DNA of 64,000 nucleotides from Ostrea edulis (lineage: Eukaryota), in the NCBI RefSeq assembly GCF_947568905.1, contig NC_079164.1, positions 34,534,001-34,598,000 of the forward strand, in the 5' to 3' direction. The notes under the pieces were generated by a model. That model searched no databases, had not been told where the DNA came from, and worked only from the letters and a program-made list of their open reading frames with translations. A program made the position numbers and the translations under genes. Below, piece by piece: positions 14,801 through 25,309 of the stretch. Position 1 is the stretch's first letter; every line of letters starts with the position of its first letter.

Positions 14801-17800
14801 CATTGTTTTTGGTTTTGCTGTTTGTTCTGTGTTATGTTGTTGTATCTCTCTGTTGTAAGACATTGTTTTTGGTTTTGCTGTTTTTTCTCTGTTATGTTGT
14901 TGTATCTCTCTTTCTCTGTTGTAGGACATTGTTTTTGGTTATATTGTTGTATCTCTCTGTTGTAGGAGATTGTTTTTGGTTTTGCTGTTTGTTCTGTGTT
15001 ATGTTGTTGTATCTCTCTGTTGTAGGACATTGTTTTTGGTTTTGCTGTTTTCACTTTATCTTGGAAACATAACGTTACCACTGAAAGTTTACAAGAGAAA
15101 GAAGGGATGTGTGACCATCAGATACCCAGCATTCAAACTACTTCCGGTAAGAAAAAAATACACAACTCACAAAGTAGTTGCTTGAGATCAAAATGAAATA
15201 AGACACAAATCGAAGTCGTTATTTTTGCAATATAGTATTTGTTGTGTTATAATTCCTTTGTATGTTAATTTGTTTTAAATCTCATTCGAGATTTTGTCAC
15301 TTTGCCAGTGATGTCACCAGCTTAAGGTGAAGTACCTCAAATTTTATTTACATCTATGCATGACACTCAGTGCCGTATTGCTGAGGCCTCTTCGTCATGT
15401 CAACACTTATCATGATGCGGGACCTTCCTTTTTAAAGTGACATCTGAAAGACTCGTGACTTTCACATCTATGACACTTACAGGTCAATATTTCGAGGTTG
15501 TAATATTTTAGCCAATGCAATAAGAGTGCAAATAATTATTCTTTTATTTGAGAAGATGCGTTGAAGAATTGTCACATGTGCCATTCCCTGGTTGAAGGTT
15601 ATCCTGGCGGTTCTGATAGCCTGGTTGGTTTGTGGTATCTTGACCACCACTGGTGTTTTCTCTGATGATCCGAAATCTCTGGAATACCATGCCAGGACAG
15701 ATGCAAATCTAAATGTCTTACACAACGCAAACTGGTTCTTTTTCCCATATCCTGGTACGTAGTTTTACGGATATAAGAGTGATTTGTGCATATGCATGTT
15801 TGAATTGATTGCAAGATGGTTCTTATAATTGTATCGGAGTGAATTGTGTTAAAGGTTTTTTTTTGCGTTTTAGGACCATATAAATGATGCAGACATGGGG
15901 TAATTAGTATTATCGTGAATTATGGATTGCACACCTCCACGCCTCCACTGTTTATGTAGTCCCACAATACACACAGCCTAAACATCCATTTCTTATATTT
16001 ATATTTTGTACAATAAGAAAAGAAATGTGATTTTTTAATGCTCAGAAAAACTTTCCATAGAAAGGAAGTCTCTGTCACATCAACAGGTGTTTCTATGGGA
16101 AGATATACAAATAATAAACCAAAGTTTATTATTGAACATGAATGCAAAATAGTAGTAACACATAAGTAACTAACTTAACTAAATTTATTATTGCATAATT
16201 AGGTCAGTGGGGAATGCCAACATTGAGTGCAGCAAGCTATATGGGAATGTTGGCAGCAACACTGACATCTATCATTGAATCCGTCGGAGATTACTACGCG
16301 TGTGCCAGGATATCCGGCGAATCACCACCACCTGCGCATGCAGTAAACCGAGGAATTGCAATTGAAGGTTTTGGCAGCTTAATCTCTGGAGCAGTTGGTT
16401 CAGGGGGTGCAACTACCTCATACAGCCAAAACGTCGGCGCTATAGGTTTTACAAAAGTATGACTAATAGATAAAGCACGTTTAGTTTTATTTGATCGGAT
16501 TTGTGCTCATGTTTAGAAAGCGATAGTTTCTTAAAACCAAGTCAAACCTAACCAATTCATATCACTTGACAGATTGCTAGCAGGCGAGTGTTCCAGGCGG
16601 CTGGGATCATCTTCCTCCTCTGTGGAATTTTTGGGAAATTCGGTGCGCTTTTGACCATGATGCCTAAGCCAGTTCTGGGGGGTATAGTTGTGATTAGCTT
16701 CGGTATGGTGACGTCTGTGGGGCTGTCGAGTTTACAGTTTGTGAACTTATCCTCCGGTCGGAATCTCTGTATTATAGGACTGTCGCTGTTACTAGGACTT
16801 ATGATTCCTAGTTACCTTCACAGAAATAATGGCGCCATAAGGACGGGTAATTATAGATTAAATGTCCTATGACTTATCAAATGCTTGATTTTTAAAATTG
16901 GCATTGAAGGGAAAATATTGTGGAAGGAGGCATTTCTCCATTTCGCTCGAAGTTTGTATGTCGTCTGATCATCTTTAAGGTCTTTGGTCATTTCACAGTT
17001 CTACGTCATCTGCGACTGTATATAGCACAAGTATTCGTTTGGAAAAGGACATTCTTAAGAAAGGGTAGTTATTATAATATAAAGGATTACTGTTTTTCAA
17101 GGGAAGTATTCAGTGAGAGTCATCTTCCCAAAAACAAAGTATGTTGCGATTCTCAAAACGTAATGAAAGCATCTACATGTAGATTCAAATTCATTCAAAC
17201 CATATCCCAAAGTAGCGTAGGAATACATAAGTATAAGGATACAACAGGGACTACATAAGGGTGCCATTTGTTATATATAGGGATATTGTAGAAGTCAATA
17301 TTTTTTTCTTAGGAAAACAAAGCTTAGTTTGTGGAAATGATATGCAAGATCTTTATTTGTTTAAATTCGATTTTCAAATCAGGTACTAACTTAAGGATGA
17401 ATTACACACCAGAGAAATATCTTATGGATGAAAAGTGGGGGATGTGTACAACAATACTTCGAAATTGAAAACTTTCAAATTCACTTTATTTAGTTAAGCA
17501 ATGCAGTTTTAGTAGAAAGTAGTCTGAAAAAATTAAAACCCCTGTTGGACTCGAATCCACGATACAGATCAGCAGACGACACGTTAACCTACTGAACTAT
17601 CCTGCTAAACAATTAAGATTGCAAAGGAATATGCTGTTGATGATATTAATATTTGCATTCATGTTTCAAAATATAATATATAATTATGATGCAAACTACT
17701 TCTGGGTTTTATTTTCTTACCTCCTCAGATAATGAGTTGCAATACAGAGAAATTACTAGATTACTCATATGTACGTTGCTGACTTTTTTTATTTCAAAAG

Positions 17801-18406
17801 TTGGTGCTTGAAATTATACTGTGCAATGCTGCTAAGCGTTCAGTTTCAACATGCATGCATTAAACATTACAACCATATATTGCCAAGAATTTGATTTTTT
17901 GTATAAAGAAAATATGATGCTATCAACAATATATAATTTTCCGAAGCACTTACTATATCAATATAATATCAAAGCATAACGTACACGTGTAAATATTAGT
18001 TTGTTTTTGGTTGTTTTTTTCAAAAGAGAGATAACTGAGGTACTACGATATTGAAATTCACACCCCCCCTCAAAATAAAGTTATTAACCTGATGCTGTTC
18101 TGTATGGTTATAAGATATCATTTTGAAAACGAAATTTCAAATTTAAAAAAGAAATGATTTTCTATTGAACACACTAAATATTCTGTTTTTGATTTTCTTC
18201 AAATACCCGAGTTTTAACGCATGGACATACTACAATTAGGCGTTCAATGTTTATCAAATCGGTACCAAACTGGTTGCCAGAATGTCAGAATTGATTCAAG
18301 TAAACGATGAAAATGTGAAGATGCATGTAACAAACGGTGATCAATCTCAATAATTCGTTATTTCATGAATGTAACGATGTATACCATGTATCCATAATTC
18401 AAAATA

Positions 18407-18453
<47 letters not shown>

Positions 18454-20958
18454 GGTGTATATGATTTAAAATTTCCATTCAGGAAACGCAGAGGCGGATC
18501 AAGTCCTATCGGTTTTACTGAGTACGTCTATGTTTGTCGGAGGTGTGATAGGATTCATCCTAGATAACACGGTCCCAGGTAAGAAATTATGATCCTAAAT
18601 TGTAGGTAAACTGGACACGTCATCGTAAACTATTACCAAAGAAGAAAGTCTAACCAACGATTTCGAACTCTCTAGTCAGATCTTCTAGTATTTGATTGAA
18701 GCGTATTCCTTGAAACTTTGAATGTGCAGATGGTCATTAGCTTAATTACATAAACACCAATCATTATTCTGTCATGACCAACAAAATATGTAAATGAGAA
18801 TACCGGTAATTTGTGACTTTCCGGCTTAAAGCCTGTACAGTAGTTCGTACGACATGTCGGAGATTGTGTCGGAATACGGTGTCCATACTTCGTACGAGCT
18901 AATTACATCACGGGCAAAACGCATCAACTGTACCCCTGGTATCAAATCCAGAATTCCCGCTATCATTTCCGGAAAAATTCACATGAATAGGGCTTACATT
19001 TACGCATCCTCTTGCAGGAAGTTGACGATGGACGGGACCTGTTTGACACCGTCCATGAACTCTGTCATTGACAGTTTGTCGTCAGCATTTTTGTCCATGC
19101 GTTTAAAAATCTGATCCGTCCTGTCCTCGGGGGTCATTCCACTGTGCTCTGATGCTGTCGTCGATGCTACCATTTTATGGATTGCCTGTATTTAAATTGT
19201 CCTTATCATTTTAATGGCTGTTTGCAATTGGATATTGATTGTCATATATAATGCAAATATACTGGAATCATGCATTTATTATAGACCGCCTATACACTAT
19301 TCATACCAACTGAAAATCAATGTACAGAAATGAGAGTTTAAATTCGATTTGCTTACCCTAATGATTTCTAACATCTCTTGTTTAGAAATTACTCCGTCCC
19401 CGTTTAAATCATAAATTTGGAAGGCGAATTGTATTTTCTGATCCACGGAGCCTCTAGATGACACGCTGAGGGCACACATGAATTCCTTAAAGTCCAGTGT
19501 TCCATCTTTATTCTTGTCAAAGGCCTTAAAAACGTATTCTGCGAATGATGTGGCATCCCCATGAGGGAAAAAGTCCGAGTAGACTCGCTTGAATTCATCC
19601 ATCGTCAGACTTCCCTTTGGACATTCCTTTATAAATCCTTTATACCATTCTTGCAGTTCTTTCTCGCTAAAGTTCGTCTGTATATTTAGGTCACTCAGTT
19701 CCCGAGGTTTCAACTTGGAGGTTTGTTTCCCCATAATGCGGTGTGTTTGTCTCCACGTTAAACTCTTCGGTACAAATGCAATTTAAAGCGAAACATGGCT
19801 TTTAAAATATCAGTATATATATATATGGTTTTAAATTCCCTGCAGAATATCGAAAACAGTTGATGATTTGTTATCAAACATTTACAAGTAGTCCAATTAC
19901 ACGTTTTAAATGACAATGAAACCTGCACACCGTGTCTTACGTAATTCCCATGCGATTCTGAGCATTGACTTTCCTGTTGGATCTTCCCCGGATATGAACA
20001 ATTAAACCTGGAAACTCCGACACAAAACAGGCATCGTTAGCAATTTCATTAGCGTTACAGGGCCCGCTGCGCTCCCATCAATACATCGACATGATATTGA
20101 CCAGCTTCAAAGTCCACGAGGTTTTACGATCACATGGGAAAAAGTTAAAATTCTGTTTTCAATTCGATATGATTTATTTCCAAATTCAGTGGCCAATCTT
20201 TTACATTTTCATTCAATAAGACAATAAAGCGACGCATTTTGTAATACATTGTTCAAATTAAACTTCCTGGAGAACAGTACATAGATGTTCATACATATGT
20301 GCACACAACAGAATTATTTTGAATTATCTGGAAACGATAAGCTTTTACAATAAAATTTGAAATCGATGAATTCTTGTTAATTTTATTTCCCGAGAGCACA
20401 TACTGTAAATATTTTATGTTTGACAAGTACAATATTTAGCAAAAAATAGTTTTTGCTAATTTAGCTTGAATTCGATTTAATTTTTTACAACTAAGCACAA
20501 GTCGACCCATAAAAATAAACATTTTGCAGTGTATTTAGCAGAGGATCTCTTACGCCAAAAACGCTGAAAAAAAACCCACTGCCAAATATAATACATTTAC
20601 AGTATATAAACAACTAATTTATGTACTGCGTTGTGAATAATCCTGTTCCATTTCTGAAATCGTAATTCTGTATTTTCAGTAAGTTTCCGAGTAAATGATT
20701 TTTATTTCGTATATGGTATGTCACGTCATTAAACTTTGGACTTACTTTTTAGGTAGTAGAGAGGAACGCGGGATCCTGAAATGGAAGCAGGTGTCTTCTA
20801 CTAGATCAGACGACAAGAGGAAGAGGCACCGGGTGTATGAGCTCCCATTTGTGACCGATTTTTTGTACCGACACAAAGCATTTCATTACATACCATTCCT
20901 ACCAAGTTTCAGGGCTTATAGTGATACAAAAAACAATTGCAAAGATCTCAGAGAATAA
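4907..20958 (+). CDS. SLC23/NAT family nucleobase-ascorbate transporter, 618 aa, 11 exons: join(4907..5134,5983..6140,11165..11256,12001..12089,13584..13765,15026..15146,15598..15754,16203..16456,16573..16846,18483..18578,20753..20958)
   Basis: Exons translate to SLC23A1/2-like blocks in order: [88 protein letters not shown] motif [30 protein letters not shown]. All splice phases are compatible and the total of 1857 nt is 619 codons. All introns are GT-AG except one GC-AG. The start codon is inferred. Confidence 0.92.
5585..5670. repeat. Perfect 86-bp palindrome
   Basis: 43-bp arms are exact reverse complements with no spacer, centred on AAAC|GTTT (5627/5628). Confidence 0.95.
5760..5824. 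repeat. Compound (GT)n(AT)n microsatellite; others are (GA)n 562-591, (CA)n 5322-5359 and (AT)n at about 18410-18444, 35909-35960, 60555-60627 and 61178-61225
   Basis: Direct inspection. Confidence 0.95.
8849..9290 (-). mobile_element. 3' fragment of the same Penelope-like family (end of RT plus tail)
   Basis: The reverse complement aligns with about 28595-29004. Confidence 0.85.
9700..9776. repeat. Imperfect hairpin with arms of about 31-34 bp
   Basis: GTCGTCGGAACCCAAAGGTTTTCTCTCCGTT ... AACGGAGAGAAAATCCTTGGGTTCCGAAGACGAC. Confidence 0.85.
9788..10337 (+). repeat. G-rich 24-bp minisatellite (GGAGAGGGGACTGGTAGAGGTTTG)n, about 23 units; second block at about 10596-10770
   Basis: Visible period of 24 nt; it produces the (GEGTGRGL)n and (PSPKPLP)n ORFs. 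Confidence 0.9.
12147..12945 (+). repeat. 40-bp minisatellite (AAATTGACGCACTAAATATATAACGTACAGAGCGTCCGTT)n, about 19-20 units, resuming at 13214-13290
   Basis: Direct inspection; homogeneous core and degenerate edges. Confidence 0.9.
12946..13213 (+). mobile_element. SINE-like retroposon (Meta/MESC-like core, (CAAT)n tail) with a 13-bp target-site duplication
   Basis: TATATAACCTACA at 12933-12945 and 13214-13226 flanks it. The core GTGTCGCAGCAGGTGTGGCACGATAAAGAT recurs across the window. The domain name is from recall, not a database search. Confidence 0.85.
13985..14095 (-). mobile_element. SINE-family fragment
   Basis: Reverse complement of part of 12946-13213. Other copies or relatives at about 11640-11795(+), 15370-15470(-), 27380-27540(+), 27535-27700(-), 29005-29165(-), 30115-30340(+), 32215-32450(+), 33090-33347(-), 38150-38405(-) and 38485-38678(+). 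Confidence 0.75.
14100..15050 (+). repeat. About 60-bp minisatellite made of the SLC23 exon-6 splice acceptor region, 17 units with a 268-bp higher-order repeat
   Basis: Unit TTGTTGTATCTCTCTGTTGTAG|GACATTGTTTTTGGTTTTGCTGTTTGTTCTGTGTTATG; the last unit runs directly into the exon at 15026. Confidence 0.92.
19000..19734 (-). CDS. Neurocalcin/hippocalcin-like neuronal calcium sensor (NCS family), 187 aa, join(complement 19357..19734, 19000..19185); nested antisense in the last SLC23 intron
   Basis: MGKQTSK myristoylation motif; cryptic EF1 (CPKG); EF2 [12 protein letters not shown]; EF3 [12 protein letters not shown]; EF4 [12 protein letters not shown]. Donor AGG/GTAAGC at 19356, acceptor TACAG at 19186, stop TAA at 19000-19002. 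Confidence 0.93.
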
Positions 20959-22052
20959 CCTTATTCATCATTTCAATGACAAATGGTTAAGAATGCAATT
21001 GTGTTTCAAAGTGGTGTTATCAAGATTTTCTATATTCAATCGTCGTATCGATGTTATGCATTATATGATATTATATGATATATGTAGATGCGAATAAAGG
21101 TTTTATATATTTCGCCTGTTTTATGCTAGAATATTGTAGAAAACTTGAACCAAGCATTTTTTACACAAATGTTAATTGATTATGTGAATAAACTTTTATA
21201 TCATTTCTTTTGCTGCAGTAATGTCAATATATAATACTGTTTGAATAAAATTTGAAATAAAGTAAACCAGCTAAGAAAACCAACATGAGCGATGTTTGGT
21301 TTGAGTGTAAACCAAATTTTTGTCACTAACTTGCATGCAACCCTATATCTATGTAGTAATGATGTTTCGCTCAGTTCAATATGTGCTGCAATATATCCCA
21401 ACAATATCATTATTGCATCAGTTAGCTAATTGAAAATAATATATCTTCAATACATTGGTGCGATTGTAGTTAAAGTTCAGGAAGTCGGTGGGTATATTTA
21501 CAAGCTCGGGTAAAACAACACCAATGTGATATCAGAATTATGGTTCATTAACATGAAGTGGGTGACTGATTAAAACATAGACACCTTTTCACCTCCTTAT
21601 GATAAATCAAACATCATCTACATTATGAAATTGATATCTGCTGATATTTTGCCACTTTTCCCCCTCGTATCTAATTATAACTCCATTAGCCCGTCTCTCA
21701 GGAGTACATTATCTATTTGATTAATCTAATGCTGTTTCCCGGGATTTCTGTGCATTGTCGGATGGCATTCGTAAGTTCCATGGGTCCTCTGATGTAGGGA
21801 TACCGATCGACGTGTGCCACGTCCGATGTCTGTGATGCCTCGCGTGACGAGGCCAACCTCAGAGCTTGTGCTGTCACGGTTACAGCTGATAAATGCCCAC
21901 TAAGTGCTGCCTGCGGCCTATAGACCCTTTTTGACGACATCTATAACATCATTTAACGTCCCTCGCCATGATCATCTCGTACACATCCAAAAACGGCTCA
22001 CTTGTAACTTCCCTGCTATATCTATTTCTGGTCATTATTTCTCTCTGGCTTC

Positions 22053-23940
22053 ATGGAAAGATCTGTACAAAGGAGCAATTCTAAGAGACAGACGACGGGA
22101 GACTGGAAGCAGCGGTGTAGAATGCTGACGAGTATTGACGATCTCCGGTCTCTCCACTTCTGGAAGGCAGTCGCAGCTGAATGTCTAGGGTCGCTGTTGC
22201 TGACCCTTGTGGGATGTGGGTCGTGTGTCGACTGGGACACGGAAAACAAAGTCGTCAGAGTATCTCTATGCTTCGGACTGTGTTATGCTACCATCATTTG
22301 GATGTTTTATCACGTGAGTGGCGGACACGTGAATCCCTCCATTACATTTGCTCATTTCGTGACGAGGCGTGTAAGTCTGGCTCGAACTGTCTTGTATATT
22401 GTGGCACAGATGATCGGAGCTCTGATTGGGGCCGGGATACTCAAGGGACTCACTCCTTCATCACGGGGTGGGGCGGCTACCAAGCTTCACCCAGATGTAA
22501 ACAGTGGTCAGGGATTTGGGGTGGAAGTGTTCATCACATTCTTCGTCGTGTTGACCTTTTTTGCTACTTATGACAAGAAGAGGAAGGACCTAAGTGGTTC
22601 ATTTCCCCTGACCATTGGGCTAGCCATCGCTGCTTGTCATCTTTTCGCCGTAAGTTGAGTTATTTTCTGCTAATGTAAGCCTAGAACGATTGATATCACG
22701 ATTCACATTTACAGAGATAGAAAATTCTCTGTTTGATTTTCGCTTGAGTGTACGATAGATGAGATTGATCACTGTTCTTTATCTTGTATCTCTGAAATCC
22801 AAACCTCTAGATATTGTATGCAGTTTGTGTTTGAAAGATGAAAATGTTTGAAAATTAGCACAAAATTTTTTGTAGTACAACTATACAGGAGCCAGCTTGA
22901 ATACGGCGAGGAGTTTTGGTGCCGCGGCAATGGATGGAGAATGGACTGACCACTGGGTAAGAATGACCATTAGACACAGTGCTCTTGTCGGAATATAAGG
23001 CAGGGTGTTATTGTTACAGTGTAGGGAATGCCAGTGTGTTATTGGCAAGAACTCAGAGTGTTATATTGTCAAGAAATACCTAAGAGTGCTATTGTCAAAT
23101 GTACCGCGAAGTGATATTGTCAAGAAATACCACAGACGGTTATTATAAATAATAACCTCAGCCTGTTATCGTCAAGAAATACCTCTGCTATTGTCAGGTA
23201 AAACCCCAGCGTTTTGTCAATGAAATACCACTACTATTGTCAGGTAAATCTACAGTGTTTTGTCAATGAAATACCACTACTATTGTCAGGTAAATCTACA
23301 GTGTTTTGTCAATGAAATACATCGGTCCATTATGGTAAAAAAAAAAAAACAACTAACCCCTAACTCCATGTGTAGAAATACGGTACCTCACTCCATTATT
23401 AAGAAATACATCAAGGCAATTTCTGTTCAAATATGAAAGATCTCAGCATATCGCACATGCAATATGAGACATTTTATTCCTTTTTTCTACTAGCACCACA
23501 GATGTCACAAAATAACCATTTACTATTTGAATAAAGATAGAATGCTTGGTTATACTTATTTTCCCTTGATATTAACCACTGAAGAATGAAGAGGCATACA
23601 ATTTTTCAAGCAATTTTGTAAAAAAGAAAAACATTCAATTAAGTGGCTAAATCATTCTATATTTAGTTGTGTTAAGCGCTTTACATTCATCCCCAGTGTT
23701 ATTTTGTGTAATATTTAGATTTACTGGCTTGGGCCGTTCTTTGGAGCGACGTTAGGGGGACTGGTGTATGACAATGCCTTTGCTGTGAATGCCTCGCTGG
23801 AAAAAGCCCGGTCTTTCCTCCTGGCCAGCGAATATGAACACGACAGTTACCCCGCCAAAAAGACGAAAATTAAAATCATCCAAGAAGAGATCGAGGAGGC
23901 AAACAACACTTCGGATAAGCCTGTGGTGGAATCGGCCTGA
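22053..23940 (+). CDS. Aquaporin A (AQP4-like MIP), 299 aa, join(22053..22649,22876..22956,23719..23940)
   Basis: [47 protein letters not shown] phase-0 introns; the 81-nt middle exon matches that of aquaporin B. The start could be M1 (22053) or M24 (22122). Confidence 0.92.
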
Positions 23941-23990
23941 ATGATAGAGACATTGATGCTCTGTATAGCCATTTTGTATGAATTCAATCG

Positions 23991-24836
23991 CTATAGAGAT
24001 TCCGATTTTTCTTCGTCATTCTTTTCCGGTTCTTCTCCATCCTCCAATTTTGAATTTTCTTCTGATGGATATACCATTTCACAAATCATGACAGATTTAC
24101 CGTTGTTGTTGGTGATCAGAAACTTGTTTTGGTTATTCTTGGATAATGTCAACGCCACTGGCATTTCTAAGCCGTCTGATTTTGATAATACAGTTTCTTT
24201 TTGTTCACCATCAAGTGAAAATCTGCAAATGCTGTGAGTCCAGCGACCTACGACTAGAAGGCTTTGATCTTGTATTACCAAAGCGCGGCAATACTTGAGC
24301 GACGAATCAGCATGCATGATGGAATATTTTCCGCTGGGAGAAATACTGTGAATGGTGTCGGTTTTCCATCCAGTGAAGTACACATATTTGTTGTCATCTG
24401 AGCAGATGTATCTCGCAGAGCAGTCGCGAATCACAGTAGTTTCAATTATAGTCCCATCTATGTCCAGTGTAGTTAAATGAGTGCCACACGCCGTTACCAA
24501 TAATTCTCCAATCCGAGTTATTCCAAAACACTCATAACCAACGTGTACGGTTTTTGTCACTTTCATTTTACCCAAATTAAAGAACTGGATCATGAGTTCA
24601 TTGGGTAACGTCATCACAATCTGATCCTTGTCCAGGAGAACCACATCGCGTGGGTTTCCATGCAGCGGAATTGTATGAAGGAGGTTTCCATCTTCGTCGT
24701 ACAGGAGTATTCTGCAGTTGTTACTGTCCGCCAGTAGTATCCTCTCGTCAGGAAGACTAAGGGCACTAGTTATCCATGGCGGTGCGCCATTAATACCACG
24801 TTCTACTCCGAAAATCTTCTTGATATTCATCTCCAT
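23991..24836 (-). CDS. NHL-repeat / six-bladed beta-propeller coding exon, copy 1 (resembles the C-terminal domain of bivalve TRIM/B-box-NHL proteins)
   Basis: Uninterrupted ORF of 281 aa from ATG 24836 with NHL-like blades (ILLADSNNCRILLYDEDG, PRDVVLL, YVYFTGWKTDTIHSIS, LLVVGRWTHSICRFSLDG) and an acidic tail. A possible phase-0 acceptor (TTTAATAG) lies about 27 nt upstream, so it may be the last exon of a larger gene. Confidence 0.75.
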   Translation of the reverse strand: MEMNIKKIFGVERGINGAPPWITSALSLPDERILLADSNNCRILLYDEDGNLLHTIPLHGNPRDVVLLDKDQIVMTLPNELMIQFFNLGKMKVTKTVHVGYECFGITRIGELLVTACGTHLTTLDIDGTIIETTVIRDCSARYICSDDNKYVYFTGWKTDTIHSISPSGKYSIMHADSSLKYCRALVIQDQSLLVVGRWTHSICRFSLDGEQKETVLSKSDGLEMPVALTLSKNNQNKFLITNNNGKSVMICEMVYPSEENSKLEDGEEPEKNDEEKSESL

Positions 24837-25309
24837 ATTGTACAGTGATAGATCCACCCTTTCCTATTAAACCTTGCACCTTACTAATATTTATGTATAT
24901 GCAGCATACATTATCACAGGTGGTTCAGCGTGTATATGATAATGACAATATTGAATGTTTATTTTACAGGCGTGCAGATTATACTTTGTAATGTTACACT
25001 GCAGTTTACCTCTCTTAAAAGCATTGATTCGATTTTATATAATTATATTTTTCTTTATATGAATAAATTCATTCTATGTCTGTTATCCCTCCCCAGAGTT
25101 AGACGTGTGATGTCTTGCCCGTTCGTAGACCGTGTGTTTGACCCTGCATATGGTAAATAAGCCACTTTCTTACGTGAGTTTTACCAAACTGGTTGGATTG
25201 AAGGCTTGTATAAGAAGAAACGCACAGTCATAGTCACCCGGGTATTAGTTAAAGTATCACTTTAAAGTATGGCTTGCGAAGATGCACTACCCCCAAGGTA
25301 ATAAAATCT

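Noticed and set aside
14035-15081. Many overlapping hydrophobic and Q/N-rich ORFs
   Set aside because: These are translations of the 60-bp repeat; only 15026-15146 has SLC23 homology.
15662-15675. Hammerhead-like CTGATGA..GAAA
   Set aside because: No stem II between the motifs, and it lies in SLC23 coding sequence (SDDPK).
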